A DNA stretch of 64,000 bases from Rhizodiscina lignyota (Eukaryota). A program made the position numbers and the translations under genes. The notes beneath the pieces were generated by a model. That model saw nothing but the letters and a program-made list of their open reading frames with translations. It was not told where the DNA came from and did not search any database. The stretch lies in assembly GCA_010015805.1 (NCBI GenBank), contig ML978136.1:310001-374000 (forward strand). The letters run 5' to 3'. This document shows, one piece after another, positions 12,779 to 24,949 of the stretch (position 1 is its first letter; each line of letters opens with the position of its first letter).

Positions 12779-13829
12779 ATGTCTAGACCACAAGGCGCCG
12801 GATCAGCGGCCAACATTTCCCCTGTGAGACTTCGCCAAATTGCTCTGGTTGCGAAGGATTTGGACAAAGCTGAAAAATTATTGGTATGTACGATGAAGAC
12901 TATTATCGTGGTACGCTATTGATATGACCTCTCTAGACTTCCGTCATTGGCACCGAGGTCGTCTTCAGAGACCCAGTGGTCGAGCAATGGGGCCTCAAGA
13001 ATATTCTCGGTACAGTTCGCAAGATCAGTGTACTCTTGGCGCATTCGCTCACCAGATATCCAGTTCCGATAGGTGGCGATATCATTGAAGTTGTGGCACC
13101 ATTTAAAGATGGCACTACTGCTGGCCGCCTCATCTCCAAGCGCGGCGACGGCGGGTACATGATCATCATGCAGAATGGAGATGCGGAGAAGTCCAAGAAC
13201 TACATTGTTTCGAAAGGCCTCGGCAAGGTGATCCATGAACACAAGGCGGAGGGCTCGTTCTCTGTGCAGTATCACCCAAAGGGGATCAAGGGTGAGTAAC
13301 AGCTATTTTATCACCAAATGAAGTGGGCCGCTATGTCTGACGTTGTTTCCTTAATGCAGGTGGCATGATGCCAGAGCTCTCCTCGCACGCTATCACACCC
13401 TCGAATAAGACACCTCTGCAAGCGCGCTTCTCACCGTGGCACGCGTGTGGGCCCGACTACGAGTCGTACTCAGCTGCCATGGAGCGTCACGGTGACCTTT
13501 CCCTCATCGGTGCAATCCTCAGGCTAGCACCCGGCGACAATGACCCAGAAAGCGGCAGTAAGCAGTGGGAAGAGCTCTTTGGAGTTGCGAGGAGTAGAGA
13601 CTTACTGGCGTTTACGAATGCACGAATGGGGTTCGTTCCGGGGAGGCAAGGGGAGCCAGAAGGTTTGGTATCGATAACAATTGGAGTGAAGGGACAGAAG
13701 AAGTTAGATGAGATCTATCAGAGAGCGAGAGAACAGGGTCTGTCTGGCGAATATGGCGGGATTGATATGATTGGCGTGAGATGGTATTTTGTTCATATGG
13801 GCGAGCCGGCGACGGGAAGTAAGCTGTGA
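12779..13829 (+). CDS. VOC/glyoxalase-like protein with C-terminal SKL (PTS1), 4 exons
   Basis: RLRQIALVAKDLDKA, FRDPVVEQWGLKN, GGDIIEVVAP, RGDGGYMIIMQ, QYHPKGIKGG motifs; ends GSKL*. Confidence 0.82.
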
Positions 13830-14813
13830 ACACCTCCAGCGGGACATGAGAATGAGTGGAAGTGTTACAAAAAGTGTGAGTAGTGTTTGTATAACACTCA
13901 GCTGTTCCTGTCGTACCGCAGAGTGCATCAGCCGCGATCACGTATCAAGACACAAATACCTAATGCCTCTTTGATCTCGCTTATTCTCCTTCCCAGGGCC
14001 CTTAACCATAACACAAGCACTCTTTGTCTCTTCTCTAAAGAATTAACTGTTACCTTGCAAGGTGTAGGCAAGAGGGTCTCACGGTAATAGCAAATGTTGC
14101 ACCGGAAGCGAAAGAGAATAGGAGTTGAGTTCTGACTGTGAGGACATTCCGCCGACGTTGGGTAGTAGATGCGAGACGACGCTAGCAACGAGGTGTAGAT
14201 GACTTGCCTCATCGGATAAAGCGAATGATAGAGGCAGAGCAGCATTTCTGATATGCGAATGGAAGTGTGATCGTACCAGCAAAGCCAACTACCACCACAA
14301 CACAGCTGAATTGCAGGTAATTTCCAAGTCGTAAGGCCGGCACTCACGGTTCACACACAATTGAAACCATCAGCCGCCGCCGGTTCGAACTCGTAAAAAC
14401 CTTCCTTCGCCGCATTGTTAGGATATCCTAAGTTTTGAATATCTTTGTACTCGATGTTCTGTTGGGAACATAGCAATGTCGCATCACCTTCAATCATTCC
14501 AGCCATCAGTGAATCCTCGAGCACTGCCATGAGCTCGAAGACAACGCTACAAGCAGACAGATATTTGGCAAACTCCATACCACACTCCAGACATTTTTAC
14601 GCGCTGGACAAATTCTTCAGTTCATAAACCAGAAATTGACACTCCAGACGCAATCGAATGCATCAGTCATCTGTCACTAATAGTACAAAATCATTCTTCC
14701 CTATGTGGGTTTCGAGTGTCTCTTTACTCGCATTCCTCTAGGGCATTGCCGGATTAGGTGGTGGAGGAATTGACGAAGGCGACAGTGAGGGAATAATCCA
14801 AGTTGTTGGATCA

Positions 14814-15694
14814 CTATCGAGATACGTCGGAGAGCCCTTCTGGCTTTTGCCGCTCCTTTTCAGCTGTAGCTCCCAGCAGGTTCTGAACCTTCTTCTTCAG
14901 CTCTTGTCCATGCTCATCTGCGAGGCCTAGTCTTTTAAATTCTTGTTCTACACCATATTGCATCTCTTTAGCTTCTCGATCCATCCGTTTCGCAAGATCC
15001 AGCCCTTCATACTCCCACATGTTCGCTTTCATGCCAACGCCATGGTATCCTCTCTTCTCAAGGTATGCCAACCAAAGCTGTACCGTTTCCGGATTGCCAT
15101 CCTGAATTTGAATTAAGCGCCGACACGTCCTTCGCTCGAAGTTCTCCTGGCTTTTCTTGTGCGCAAAATTACTCCTCGGTACTGTCCATCTTTCAATTAT
15201 GCGTGGGAGAGGAACCGGGCCCTTGGCGGGAAGATTAAGGAAGTAGGCAGCTCGCATTGCAAAGTCGGCGAAGAAATCGAGATTGCGGACGCTATATGAG
15301 CGGAGCTGGAGGTTACAGACAGGTAGTCCGTATTTAGGAGTGCGGCGAAGTGGACGAAGATACATGGCTTGGACGGCACGGGGTACTGGGAGGGTTTCGA
15401 TAGTGCGCGCGACATCGGGAGGAAGTGGTCTGTTGAGAGGTCAACAAATTCTGTAATGTTAAACAGAGCCTCTGTACGCGTACTGGGAAGAGCTCGGTGC
15501 TATGCCGAAGGCATTGGTTTGATTTTCATCTTTGACATTGGCCAGTCCTGCTCGCCGGGCTTGGGCCAGGAGAGGCGTGGATTGTGATAACTGCTAGATC
15601 AGCGATATTCTGAAGCTCCTTCATGGGAACATTGACTCACTTTAATTCGCTTCAGCAGGCTGAAAGGCGACCTTGAGTACGACGGAGCAGCCAT
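14814..15694 (-). CDS. RSM10: Mitochondrial 37S ribosomal protein S10 (uS10m), 3 exons
   Basis: LQLRSYSVRNLDFFADFAMRAAYFL, GPVPLPR, WTVPRSNFAHKKSQENFERRT; basic, Ser-rich presequence. Confidence 0.93.
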
Positions 15695-16397
15695 TGTGAT
15701 GTGTACACATTTCTTGCTTGGTGAAAGTTGATATCGCGCTAAAGCGCAGCAAAGTCGTTCAACCAATCGGAGAGATCTATTTTTGCGGGCCCCTTCAACA
15801 ACCACAACTTTTCGGGTACGTACATTTCTCCATCTGCTGCCTACATACCTTAACTCTGCATGTAGCTGATCAAGCTTCTCACCTGCATCAAACGATGGAT
15901 CACCTTGCGATCATGAGCGGAAATCCACCATTACTTAGCCCAGACTCCGCCGGACTCGGTCCCGATACGTCACCATATGTTAGCACCACGTAGTCAAGTT
16001 TCCCGACCCGCAGCCGCCTGTCTCGCTGGTGTGATGAAGCTGCGTAGTGTGAAACTAAGTCAATGATCAGTTCATTTTTGTGGAGTCTGTTTCCTTCAGA
16101 ATTTCGTGACTCTCTACGACGTCCGTCTCAAGCCGGCGGTTCCGCGCAAAGAATCACAAGACAATTGTTTACGATCTCATTCCTCCGTGGCATCCTACAC
16201 GTCGGATGCGGTCAAGTCGCGGTGAAGAAAGCCAAGCGTGCTGAAGCCTAATCAAAGGACATTCTTAGCCCTCGTTGGGCTTTATACGGCGGATGAGATT
16301 CTGGAGGCAGCCTAATATGATTATTCCGCTTTGAGCTGGCGTATCAGACCCTCACAGGCAATATTCACATGATTTCTTAATCTGTGTAATGGTCTAA

Positions 16398-16988
16398 ATG
16401 AAGGAGCTGATAATCATCAATAAGAAAGTCGCCGTGGACATGGCGGCAGCTGCCGGCAAATAGGCGGTGGTCGAACGGACATGGCGGCCGTACGAAAGCA
16501 CGCGACTGGTGACAGAAGCATCATGCAGCTCAAAAGAACACGTCAATCTGGGTAACTGCTGCGGCCACTTCGTGAGCGCAGCCTTGCAATATCGATAATA
16601 CACGCTGACTTCGCTTCAGCGCTTCGTCAGCACCCGTACCGGTGCTCCCGGGGGCCCTGGGGCTGGAGCCCCCAACAGCCGGATAAAAGAAAAGGACATC
16701 GATCTCCAAAATATTTTGGTTAGCATTACGATCGATTTGGATAAGAAGACCGATATCAAAATCTTCGAAGAATACTTCAAGAAACGATCGCCGTCCTGCG
16801 TCAAGGTTGTCCGATTGAAGCAGATCCAATCAACTGGACCTACGGATCTTGAGACCAGCACCCCTAAGTCTGCATCAAGCCTTGTTTACACTGGAACAAG
16901 CGTAAACACTTTGACAACAAAGACCTGTTTTCGCGACAAAAGCACGTCCTTTTCATTGTGGACAATTCCTCGAGCGTTTAGCGCCTAA
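16398..16988 (+). pseudogene. Possible degenerate gene relic of unknown family
   Basis: One frame reads protein-like for about 196 codons, interrupted by a TAG and a TAA; no complete model can be built. Confidence 0.25.
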
Positions 16989-17049
16989 ATCTACTCCTTT
17001 CTCCGTGGACCTCTGCAACAAGAATCCAAAGTTGTCGTTTGAAATCGCG

Positions 17050-17553
17050 ATGGTGTTCGACGACGACGAAAGACTTTCCATCAGCGGCAGCGACACCTCA
17101 TCAAACTCCACGCTAGCACGCAAACGACTGGCGTCGTCCCCAGACATTTATTCGGACGGATATGACAATGCTTGCCGGCAAGTCTTTGTCAAAGGCCTGC
17201 AAGGCCGGACCCTCGTATTCCATTTCGAAGTCCCTCCCCGGTCGTGGGAGTTCGTCGATCGGGTGGCCGACGAAGTTGGTTTACCAGCCGACAGGCTGAG
17301 CCTTTTCTTTAGAGGTCGCCGTTTAAATTCAACGAACATGGGTCTACCCAACAACGCAACCATACACGCGACAATCAATGCGTACAGTCCATCATCAGAT
17401 GACGAGGACGATGACGAGACTGGATGGTATTCTTTCTACGAAGAAAATCCCTCTTTGCGGTGGTACGACGCAGATGAGCTGTCAAGCTTGAGACAAGCTC
17501 GCTATGCATCACATCTCAAGTCAATGTGGACAAAGAGAAGACCGAAGCATTAA
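17050..17553 (+). CDS. Small protein with a central ubiquitin-like domain
   Basis: QVFVKGLQGRTLVF...VADEVGLPADRLSLFFRGRRL...NATIH resembles ubiquitin QIFVKTLTGKT...GIPPDQQRLIFAGKQL...STLH; no di-Gly; acidic tract follows. Confidence 0.7.
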   Translation: MVFDDDERLSISGSDTSSNSTLARKRLASSPDIYSDGYDNACRQVFVKGLQGRTLVFHFEVPPRSWEFVDRVADEVGLPADRLSLFFRGRRLNSTNMGLPNNATIHATINAYSPSSDDEDDDETGWYSFYEENPSLRWYDADELSSLRQARYASHLKSMWTKRRPKH

Positions 17554-17948
17554 GAGGTGTGATTTGCTATCCATCTTTTCTCCATTGTCGTTATTATCGC
17601 TTTTGTGAGTGTACTTATATGACGATTCATGAACCATGGGCGAATTAAGGTTTGGAGTCCGACGCGACTTAGATATTATCGTAAACGTCCGCATTGTTTT
17701 TCTCAGCGCGAACCGAATAGCGTCATGAGCTCTAAAATGTCCAAGATTTGCCCCATTCTTTTGGATTGTAATTCCACCTTTCCCTACTCGCCAGATTCTC
17801 TCGATTTAGCGTGAGCGCACCTGAAGGACCCAACGGAGATGTTCCCTATCGCGATAGACCAGTAACGCTAGGACGGTTAGGTTAAGGCGACCATCTCTGA
17901 CATAGTTCTTGTGAAGGCCATTAGTTTACTCACAAACCAACTTGTTTA

Positions 17949-18085
17949 TGAAGGGATATGGCAGAAAACTAATACAGTGCAATTCTACTCCTCCTATCCT
18001 GCTCCTGAGAAAAGGACGAACGTAGCTTCGATCAGATTATATAGCTACTCTAACCCCAATTAGTACTAGCGGCCATATTCCTTCA
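17949..18085. mobile_element. Candidate 137-bp MITE-like element with imperfect terminal inverted repeats flanked by TA
   Basis: ttatgaagggatatggc (17946-17962) matches the reverse complement of gccatattccttcataa (18072-18088) at 16 of 17 positions; TA at 17947-17948 and 18086-18087. Confidence 0.45.
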
Positions 18086-18199
18086 TAATTTAGCACAGGG
18101 TCTGCGGACATGAGATGCTTCTCCGCAACCACACCCTAATTTGCCCGTACTTCCAACCTGTCTGAATCTCTTACACAAGAGAGATAATGCGATCTCACA

Positions 18200-20385
18200 A
18201 TGAATGAAGCCGCAAAGGGTGATCAAAAGCGCGTCGACAAGCGGAGCAGAGCGTCAGCAGCATGCGAAAACTGCAGGTCACGGAGAACGAAGGTATCCTA
18301 TCATCCCGTCAGATGAAATCATCTACTTAAACTTCCTTCGCCAGTGCATTGTACCAGAGAATGCGACGTCATGCAACTATTGTCGTGAAAACAACCTGAC
18401 CTGCGCTTTCAGGCATGACGATGAGCGGAAGAGGTATGATATCGCCTCTTGACTCTCTGTAAAGCTGTAACTCAAACGCCTAAGGCCAATTTCAAGAGCA
18501 TATGTGAGCTCGTTAATCGATCGAATTGATCTTTTGGAAAGGACCCTCCGGGACTTCGGACACGATGTGCCACCAGCTTTTACGTATCCCCCGAGGCATT
18601 CCGATCACGATGCGGTGGGGAAACCCTTTCAACGAGACGATAGGGATTTTCCACGCAGAATTGCGAATACTGAAGATATGGGCTCAAAGAAACAGGAAGC
18701 GGTGACTGAATCTCTACCAAGCCATGAAACTGAGGATTTTGACGAAATAACACCGGCAATATACCTGGGCGACGCAGGCTCTCCCAGTAACGTACTTCAG
18801 CAGTTCCCTCCAGATGTCAGATCTTATGTCAGAAAATCATTTGACACATACTACAACGTCTTGGGACACCTCGATATCGATCGTCTACTGGAAATGCCAG
18901 CGGAGAATCCAAACGAGCGCTCCGAACTTCTCGCTTTATGTATATTCGCCATGGGCTTCAAATTTGCAGATCATGACCATCCGGTCCTCCAATATGATGC
19001 CATTCTGCAAGAGAAGAAGACAGCATTACATGAAGAAGCGAAGGCAATGTTTGAGCGCAATTGTGGCATCTACAAGAACTTGACGATGGTTCGGGCAGCA
19101 ATCATGATCTCGGATCTGGAAGTTGCCGCTGGAAAATTAGATTCAGGTTGGAGATACTCGAGTAGGCCTCTCTACCGAGTTGTTCTGAGACCCAGATATT
19201 AGCTAACGCTGCTGTGCAGAACGAGCTATTGAGATGCTATCTGACGTTCTTCAGAGCTCGCCTATTCTCGAGAATGGTGATTCACTCGCTCGCGTGGGTA
19301 TAGTCAGGGACCTTGTGTCATCTTTATTCGTACGAGAAAGGTGCGGTATCTTTGCCATTAGCTGGACGCTACTAACGCAGCCTAGTTTCTGGATGGTCTT
19401 TCGTAATCGTCCTATTGGATTCGATTCCGCACGAATTATAGACGTCCATCTTGCCGAACAACTTGCACTTCTTGGAAAGAGTAATCGGCCGCTTAACGAT
19501 CAGCAAGGCAAAGGCAATTTTATCGAACGGTGGCAAGAACTCCTGTCTCTCGCAACGGAGATCATGCACAGCCTATACTCAGGCAAAAGCGAAACTCCAT
19601 CATTCCATCTCATTACCAAACTTGATCGCAGGCTGCACACGTGGTATACCGGTCTACCAGACGCTTTCCGGCTGTTCACCAACGAAACGAAAACACATGC
19701 CCCAAAGTACTTCTTCATGCAGTAAGGCAAGAGGCCACATCTTTGCATTCAAGTGTGTTAACCCCGCTACAGTAAACAGTATCATGCAGCTTTAATACTA
19801 CTCCACTGGCAATCTGCATCATACAACTTCGGAAACCTGGATGGTACCGGTCAGTTCGCCAACAACGCCGCGCACTGTCAGCTCTCTAGAAAGACATGTA
19901 CGAAGAATGCTGTACGAGTGATGAAAATCTTGAAAAGTCAGCAAGAGCACACAGGCTCAAGGGTGCCTCACTTCACAACGCTTCAGTATGCCGCAGTCTC
20001 TGCAATCGCTCTTGTTGCCGGCGTAGAGTTTGCGTTCGATACGAGAGAGCAATCCTCGCTGTTGGAGGACCTACGCTGCGTAACAGATGTCTTAGCGGAG
20101 ATATCTCAAACATACGAACCTGCGAAGAACATGTCCAACACGCTCGCAGCAATGATTGCGGAATCTGATGTGAACCTGAAAAGGCTCATCGCATCCGACA
20201 GCTGCTTTCAAACCAACCTTTTACTTTCGTCACCTCCGAAACCTGGAGATTCCTCGATATTGGATGACCCTTTAAATAACCCGATAGGCCACCAGATTGG
20301 GGATGATTTTCTCACTGCCCTTGATCAAATGGGAACTGATACGACGCTTGGTCCATATTCATCATACATACAGGCTACGGAATAA
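18200..20385 (+). CDS. Zn(II)2Cys6 transcription factor with fungal TF middle region, 6 exons, intact
   Basis: Spliced RASAACENCRSRRTK|CIVPENATSCNYCRENNLTC; five introns give an open frame to TAA at 20385. Confidence 0.88.
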
Positions 20386-20439
20386 GAAGCACCCCAGCTC
20401 TGATCTATCTCCTCTCACGGAATAGTGACATCTGTGCTG

Positions 20440-21926
20440 CTACAACTTCGACATTGGGTCAACCTCGATGATTGGCATCCGTGTCTCTTGCGTTGTCGGC
20501 CCAATCTTTTCAGGGATAAAGCACCCAAAGGCAGTTGTCGTGTGAGGTCTCCATAAGCTGCCGCTCACCGCCGACTGTTCTGCACCCAACCGAGGACAAA
20601 TCCTCCACCAAGGTGCGTACCGCCCATACTCTCCGTAGGAGTAAAACCTCCCGCAGTGTCTCCAACTGCAAAAAGACCCTCTATTGGCCTGCCAAGCGCA
20701 TTCACGACTTGCATGGATCGTGTTGTAGCGAAACCACCACATGTTAAGCCTACTCCGGTAACCATCCGGGCGGCGTAAATTGGGGCTTTGTCGATGCGTT
20801 TACGCTCCTCTGAGAATGCAACACGGCCTGTTTGAGGATCCTTCGTCTCACTGGATGCCAAAAAATCATTCCATGACCGGACGGAGTTTGCCAGCGCTTT
20901 TGCCGGAACATCGATAATACCAGCAAGCTCCTTGAGGGTGTTAGCCTAGATAGGGGTTTCGTTCAACAGCTCATGGATGTATATTCCCTTCGTTCGATAC
21001 GTCTCCGCATCGAATATGTAATGAGCTCTTGCTTCTGGCTGTGCCCTCAAGGCTACAACTCGATCATAGTATGGTCCAGCTTCGTTGTGGAACCGGACGC
21101 CCTGAGCATTGACAGCAATCGCTTCTTGAACCATCGCTGATGCAACAATAACCACTGGTGGAATCACACACATGTTGATGAGGTCTCCACCTGCTGTCTG
21201 GCCCATCAACTGCCCATCTCCTCGGCAGGTGTCGAGGCAAATAGCGGGCGAGGAAGACTCAGTTCGGAGCTGGTATCGGGATCTTAGCGCCGGATTGGCT
21301 TGATAACCTCCTGTTGCGAGGATGACTCCCTTCCGAGCATGGATGCGGAAGGCAGAGATAGTGCCGTTGTTGGCTTTGACGACGACGCCTTTCACGGCCC
21401 GCCCTTCAATGATGAGTTCCTGGGCAGTCGTATTCACGTATGTCTTCACATTCGGCCCTGCGAAATCTTGCTCGAATGCTTGCGGGAACATCTCGGTGTC
21501 TTCGACCGCGTGCAGCCGATTGACAGACGCCTGTAATGGACGCTTGATGAGGTGTGTAAAGCGGACCCCTCACTCAGTTAAAATGTCGTACATTTTAGCG
21601 CTCTGTGGTGCGAAAACCTTGCCTAGCTCCACATCCCATGATATGGGGTATTGAGGACTGTGCTTCTCGATAAGTTTCTCGCAGTCGGCTAAGAATATCT
21701 CTTCGCTGTCTTGAAGACCTTCGGCCCGCTGCATGGCCGTGTCGACAAAGGCGACCCATCCTGTGGACCAAACACTATTACCTCCGATCCTGGGTTGGGC
21801 CTCGATTGATACAACTTGTGCACCTGAGTAGACCGCGCCGGCCACTGCAGAAAGACCACCAGGGCCGGTACCGACGACGACAATGTCGGTCTTTTGGTCA
21901 GTGGCTTTACTGGAATCGAGATACAT
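20440..21926 (-). pseudogene. FAD_binding_2 flavoprotein (fumarate reductase/flavocytochrome c/3-ketosteroid dehydrogenase-like), disrupted
   Basis: DIVVVGTGPGGL, GGNSVWSTG, GVILATGGY, TCGGF, IEGLFAVGDTAGG, GTHLGGGFVLGW. In-frame TGA at 21570-21572, TAG at 20946-20948 and a 1-nt frameshift near 20583. No introns are needed, and the repaired frame ends SKL. Confidence 0.85.
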
Positions 21927-22403
21927 AGCTGTTATTGCTCGGAAGATACAACTTTCCACAATAAACTATATACGAGGGACAAATATCCTCTATATGAGGT
22001 TTGAAGCGTACATATTTGCATCCGCCTGGAGATCGTTCGGCAGTTCCCACGCACACAGCGCTCTATGAAAAGTGGACTGGAGCCATGCCTCGACACATAC
22101 TTCTGCCGACCGCCTGTCGTCAACCGAACCTTGCACAGGGTACTTAGAGTCCGCTCAATTAGAATTGTCCAGCGATCTCGGTAGACTAAGGATCTTGATC
22201 ATCGGCACTCGTTAGCCTTGCTATTGGAAACCTATGCGTCCAGACCACCAAGACACTGCCTAACTAAATCACAAGAAACTGGCGAGCAAAATCTACGTTC
22301 AATGATCTCAATCCAACTTTCACCATGGGATCAATATTACAAGATCAGAAGCTGGAGCGTGGTGTTTCATTATTCATAGCCCCTATGCCAACCGCTATGG
22401 TAT

Positions 22404-24482
22404 TTACACCTCCGCGGCCTTTGTCTCGATTGTAGCGCGCTCATTCTCCAGTATTACGGCCCTCGCCAGGTTTTTCTTCTCCAACGGGATGCTCCTGACA
22501 AACACTGCGCAAACAAGAGCAGTAACACCGAAGGCGACAGCAGCCAAGTAAACTATCGAGTATGCGTGCACATAAGCCTCCTTCACCGCTGTCACTGCGA
22601 TAACTTGGATTCCAGGCGTGATGCCCGGTACCTTGCTATATGCAATTGCTTTATTGGCCACCGCCGCTTTAATCAGAGCGCTTGCTCCCATTCTTCGCAG
22701 AAAGTCCGTCCCTTGTGCGGAACTCGTTAGCGCCTTCATCATTTCTGATGGCAGACGGTCCGAGAACGTAGAATAGAGAATGCTACTGTATATTGCAGTT
22801 GCGATCGCACCGCCGAGAAGGCGAAATGTTGATACTATACCGACAGCAATTCCACTACGAGTCACACTGAGCAAGATGCATGTAACCTTGGATTAGAGAC
22901 TCACATGTCATTCTGGTCTTTCAGACCCAAAGACAAAATCGAGAACGACAAATACATCGGCTGATTGACGAAGCATCCGAGGATAAAGACCGTTGCAACT
23001 GCCTGTGCTTTATCTAGCATCCCAATAGAGGCCATGGACCCGATGAGAGCAGTTTGGACCGTGATGCAGATGACGATCTGTGTGCGTTCGTGATTGAATC
23101 GCGAACACACTACTGCTACACTGGTTCCAGCCATTGATTGAACAAATTAGCCTTATAACTGGATTTACATGCGCAACGCGTCTTAACTAACCCCAAGTTG
23201 CCCAAGCAGTAATGCTCGCATAGCATCCTCGAATAATCAGATCGTCGGTCGGAGCGAACAAAAGTCCAGACTCTTGCGGCCACAGAACCTGCATACTATA
23301 ATAGAGCATCCCACACACGAAACAGACGATGATGATGACAACGAATCTAACCATCATTTGGTCAGCGCCAGCATTCTTTCCTTCGCGAGGAGATTGTTTG
23401 CTCACCCTCTGAAGTTTCGAAATAAGTACGGCGGCATCAAAGGCACTTTTGGCGAAGCAAAGACTTCCCAGAACGCAAAGCTAATCATCAGCGCGATGCC
23501 TGTGATCAAAGTCGCGAGTACCCTTGCATCGGTCCACTGGAAGCGGTGGCTATCGCTGAAGTTTATGCCGACCAGGAACAGAACGCAACCTGCTGTGAAA
23601 AGTAGAAGGCCGACGTAATCGATAGACTTGATCAAGTCCCATTTTCGGACATGGTCATGCTCGTGCTTACGGTTGAACGTAGGAGGTTTGTAAAAGAAGA
23701 AGAGGAAAATTCCGGCAGCTCCATGCCAGGCTGTCATAAACCAGTATCCTCCGTGCCAACCGAGATGCGGGTACCTGTCCACGAGCGCGTACGAGATGAG
23801 AGGGCTCATGAATGCTGGACCATCGCATATCGCAGCGAGACCTACGCTGAGTTTAGTGAGGCTGCGTTGGTAGCAGAAGAATCAAATGGCGAACAATGAC
23901 CTTACCAATGAAGAGAGTCCTGTGCTTGTTCGGCACCATCTCCATCAGGCATGCGTAAAACGTCTCCTGGATGCCACTTCCAATTCCAAAGAGTACGCTG
24001 GCGGCAATCATTTGCTGGATGCTCTTCCCTGTTGCGCCGACAATTGTACCCAGGAAGGCAAGAAGCGAGCCTGCAAGCATGAAATGCCGACGCCCGAATA
24101 TATCAGTGAGTCAGCCGGCAATGCTGACGACAACTGCAGCGCATAGGCTCCAGCTGACAGAGATCCAAGTATATGATGGATCTGGCCCTAGGTCCGCATT
24201 GATGAAAGAGAGCATAGAAGCAGGCACCAAAAGAGTCATCTCATATGCATTCGCTTGGCCTACGAGAGCCTTTTACGGGACGTGTCAGTGACCATGAATG
24301 ACAGCGCTGAGTGAAAGACAATTGAGCGTGATCATACTTACAATGAATGCGAACATCACCTGCCAGGTGATCTTTCCGTCGAGTGTATCATCGACATCAG
24401 GGTGTCCATTGTCAGACTGGGTATCCTGAACTCTCTCGACCTTCGTGACCTCCCCTGATGTTTGTTTCTCAGGTGAACCCAT
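22404..24482 (-). pseudogene. TRI12-family MFS transporter with a premature stop
   Basis: INADLGPDPSYTWI...AG*LTDIFGRRHF: TGA at 24111-24113 replaces the Arg of motif A (GRLSDIFGRR). Also EMVPNKHR, FFFYKPPTF, IDYVGLLLF, RLLGGAIATAIY. Confidence 0.85.
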
Positions 24483-24949
24483 TGATAGTGGTATGAAATA
24501 AATGATCAGTTGATGCACTCCGATTGTTTAGTGGAGACAATATCTCTCAGAACGGAAGGTATTTTAGCAAAGCATTTGGATTTACACCCTTTTATGACCC
24601 CCTATCCCACTCTTTGGGACTTCTACATCGCCTGTCGTACTCCGATAGTCACGTGAAATGGTCCATTTCAAAACGCGGGGTGTCAGGATGGGGTGCATTA
24701 GCGCGAGCCCATCTTCACGCTTACCTCTCGCCGCGGTACATTTCAACTTCATCGCCTAAAGAGATCCTCGGCGGTCGAGATCGAGCGCATGCTGGTGCCG
24801 ATGATTCCTGATTGGGCTTCTACTTCTTGACTACCTTCAAGTGGTGCCAAGTGACGGAGGTTGGACCTCCAGTTCGTTCCAGGGCTGACGCGGATCCGGG
24901 GGCTCCACTGCAACATTGACATTGTGCATTGGACGGAGTTTACGGCGCC

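Noticed and set aside
13928..14578. Two in-frame minus-strand ORFs separated by a stop
   Set aside because: No recognisable motif or splice structure; a relic cannot be excluded.
16030..16100. Sm-site-like ATTTTTG suggesting an snRNA
   Set aside because: No U1, U2, U4 or U5 signature sequence nearby.
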